Shown here: piece by piece, positions 63,223-64,000 of the stretch
Layout: each line of letters opens with the position of its first letter
Numbering within the stretch: the stretch's first letter is position 1
Program-made: the position numbers and the translations under genes
Assembly (NCBI GenBank): GCA_050273025.1
Contig: CP158635.1
Location: 6,696,001-6,760,000 of the forward strand
Direction of reading: 5' to 3'
Length of the DNA stretch: 64,000 bases
From: Cenococcum geophilum
Taxonomy: Eukaryota
Notes under the pieces: model-generated
Database searches by the model: none
What the model was told of the DNA's origin: nothing
What the model saw: the letters and a program-made list of their open reading frames with translations, nothing else

Positions 63223-64000
63223 TATAAGTAAACGCGTTAAAAGCTACGTTAGGAGGGCCAATATAGTAAGCAGGTAGGTAGGCAAGGGGGGATTAAAGAG
63301 ACTAGCATATAAGGATGGTATAATAGCAGAGAAGTAAATAAGTATAGGGAGATTAAATATATATCGGGCGCGTCTTAAAATAAGGGAATAGCAAGAGAGG
63401 AAAGTGTAAGGGAGAAAGTAAGGTATGAGCGGAATGTAAGGAGGATTTAAAGGTTAGGCGTAGAAAAGTTAAGCCAATCTAATATAGCTTAGACTAAGGC
63501 TTTACGGGGCTTAGTTAAATGCTAAACTATAATAACCTAAAGTGCAGGAACATCGTTTGCAGTCCTAGTTATATAGGTTAAAAATATAGTGCGTATATAG
63601 GGTTCTAGTATTATTAGAAAGTTACAGGCAGTATTTATTAGTAATTATAGTTATTAGCTTTTAGTTTATTCCATGACGCGTAAAGCTTAAATAGAGTAAG
63701 GCTCTAATATAGCGATGCTAAAAGGCGCTAGGTAAAGTATAGCTGGCGACAGTGGGTTAATTATTAGGTTGGTTATATAAGCACCTATAATCAATTACGT
63801 GGCTAGTCCTAAAACGAGTTAAACCTAATATACTAAATATAGATATAGCCAACCCTATTTCACAGCGTTTAATCAACCTATTTCCCGTAACTAGGATCTA
63901 ATTCTTAGAACCGGATCCTTTTTCGAAATCACGCCCTTTTTATAGTAGTTAATTAGTCTACTTTATAAACCCAAATCAGAATCTTGGTTTTAGAATTAGA

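Noticed and set aside
63430..64000. Possible further LTR or element start at the window end
   Set aside because: No second LTR, TSD or coding motif within the window to support it.

Overview
Eukaryotic DNA from a filamentous ascomycete with repeat-induced point mutation (RIP). Evidence: GT-AG introns with CTRAC branch sites, a HET-domain gene, and massive CpA->TpA / TpG->TpA decay. About 1-25 kb is GC-balanced and gene-poor. It holds one intact Mks1-like (DUF1752+DUF3295) gene, a hypothetical gene, a HET gene broken by a single TAG at a conserved Trp, and a young un-RIPed Copia with an unusual three-LTR structure. From about 25 kb onward is an AT-rich RIP block of nested elements, most boundaries resolved by TSDs: a hAT MITE, two Gypsy elements, three Tad1-like LINE derivatives, and two copies of a tandem-repeat-filled TIR element. 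A >14 kb block of RIP-killed host-like genes follows (chromodomain protein, AAA ATPase, FunK1 kinase, unknowns) and looks like cargo of a giant mobile element. The strongest signal is a complete HDV-like self-cleaving ribozyme fold at the exact 5' end of the LINE family (26082 and 36307), followed by a second candidate structured RNA. All calls are by eye; no searches were run.
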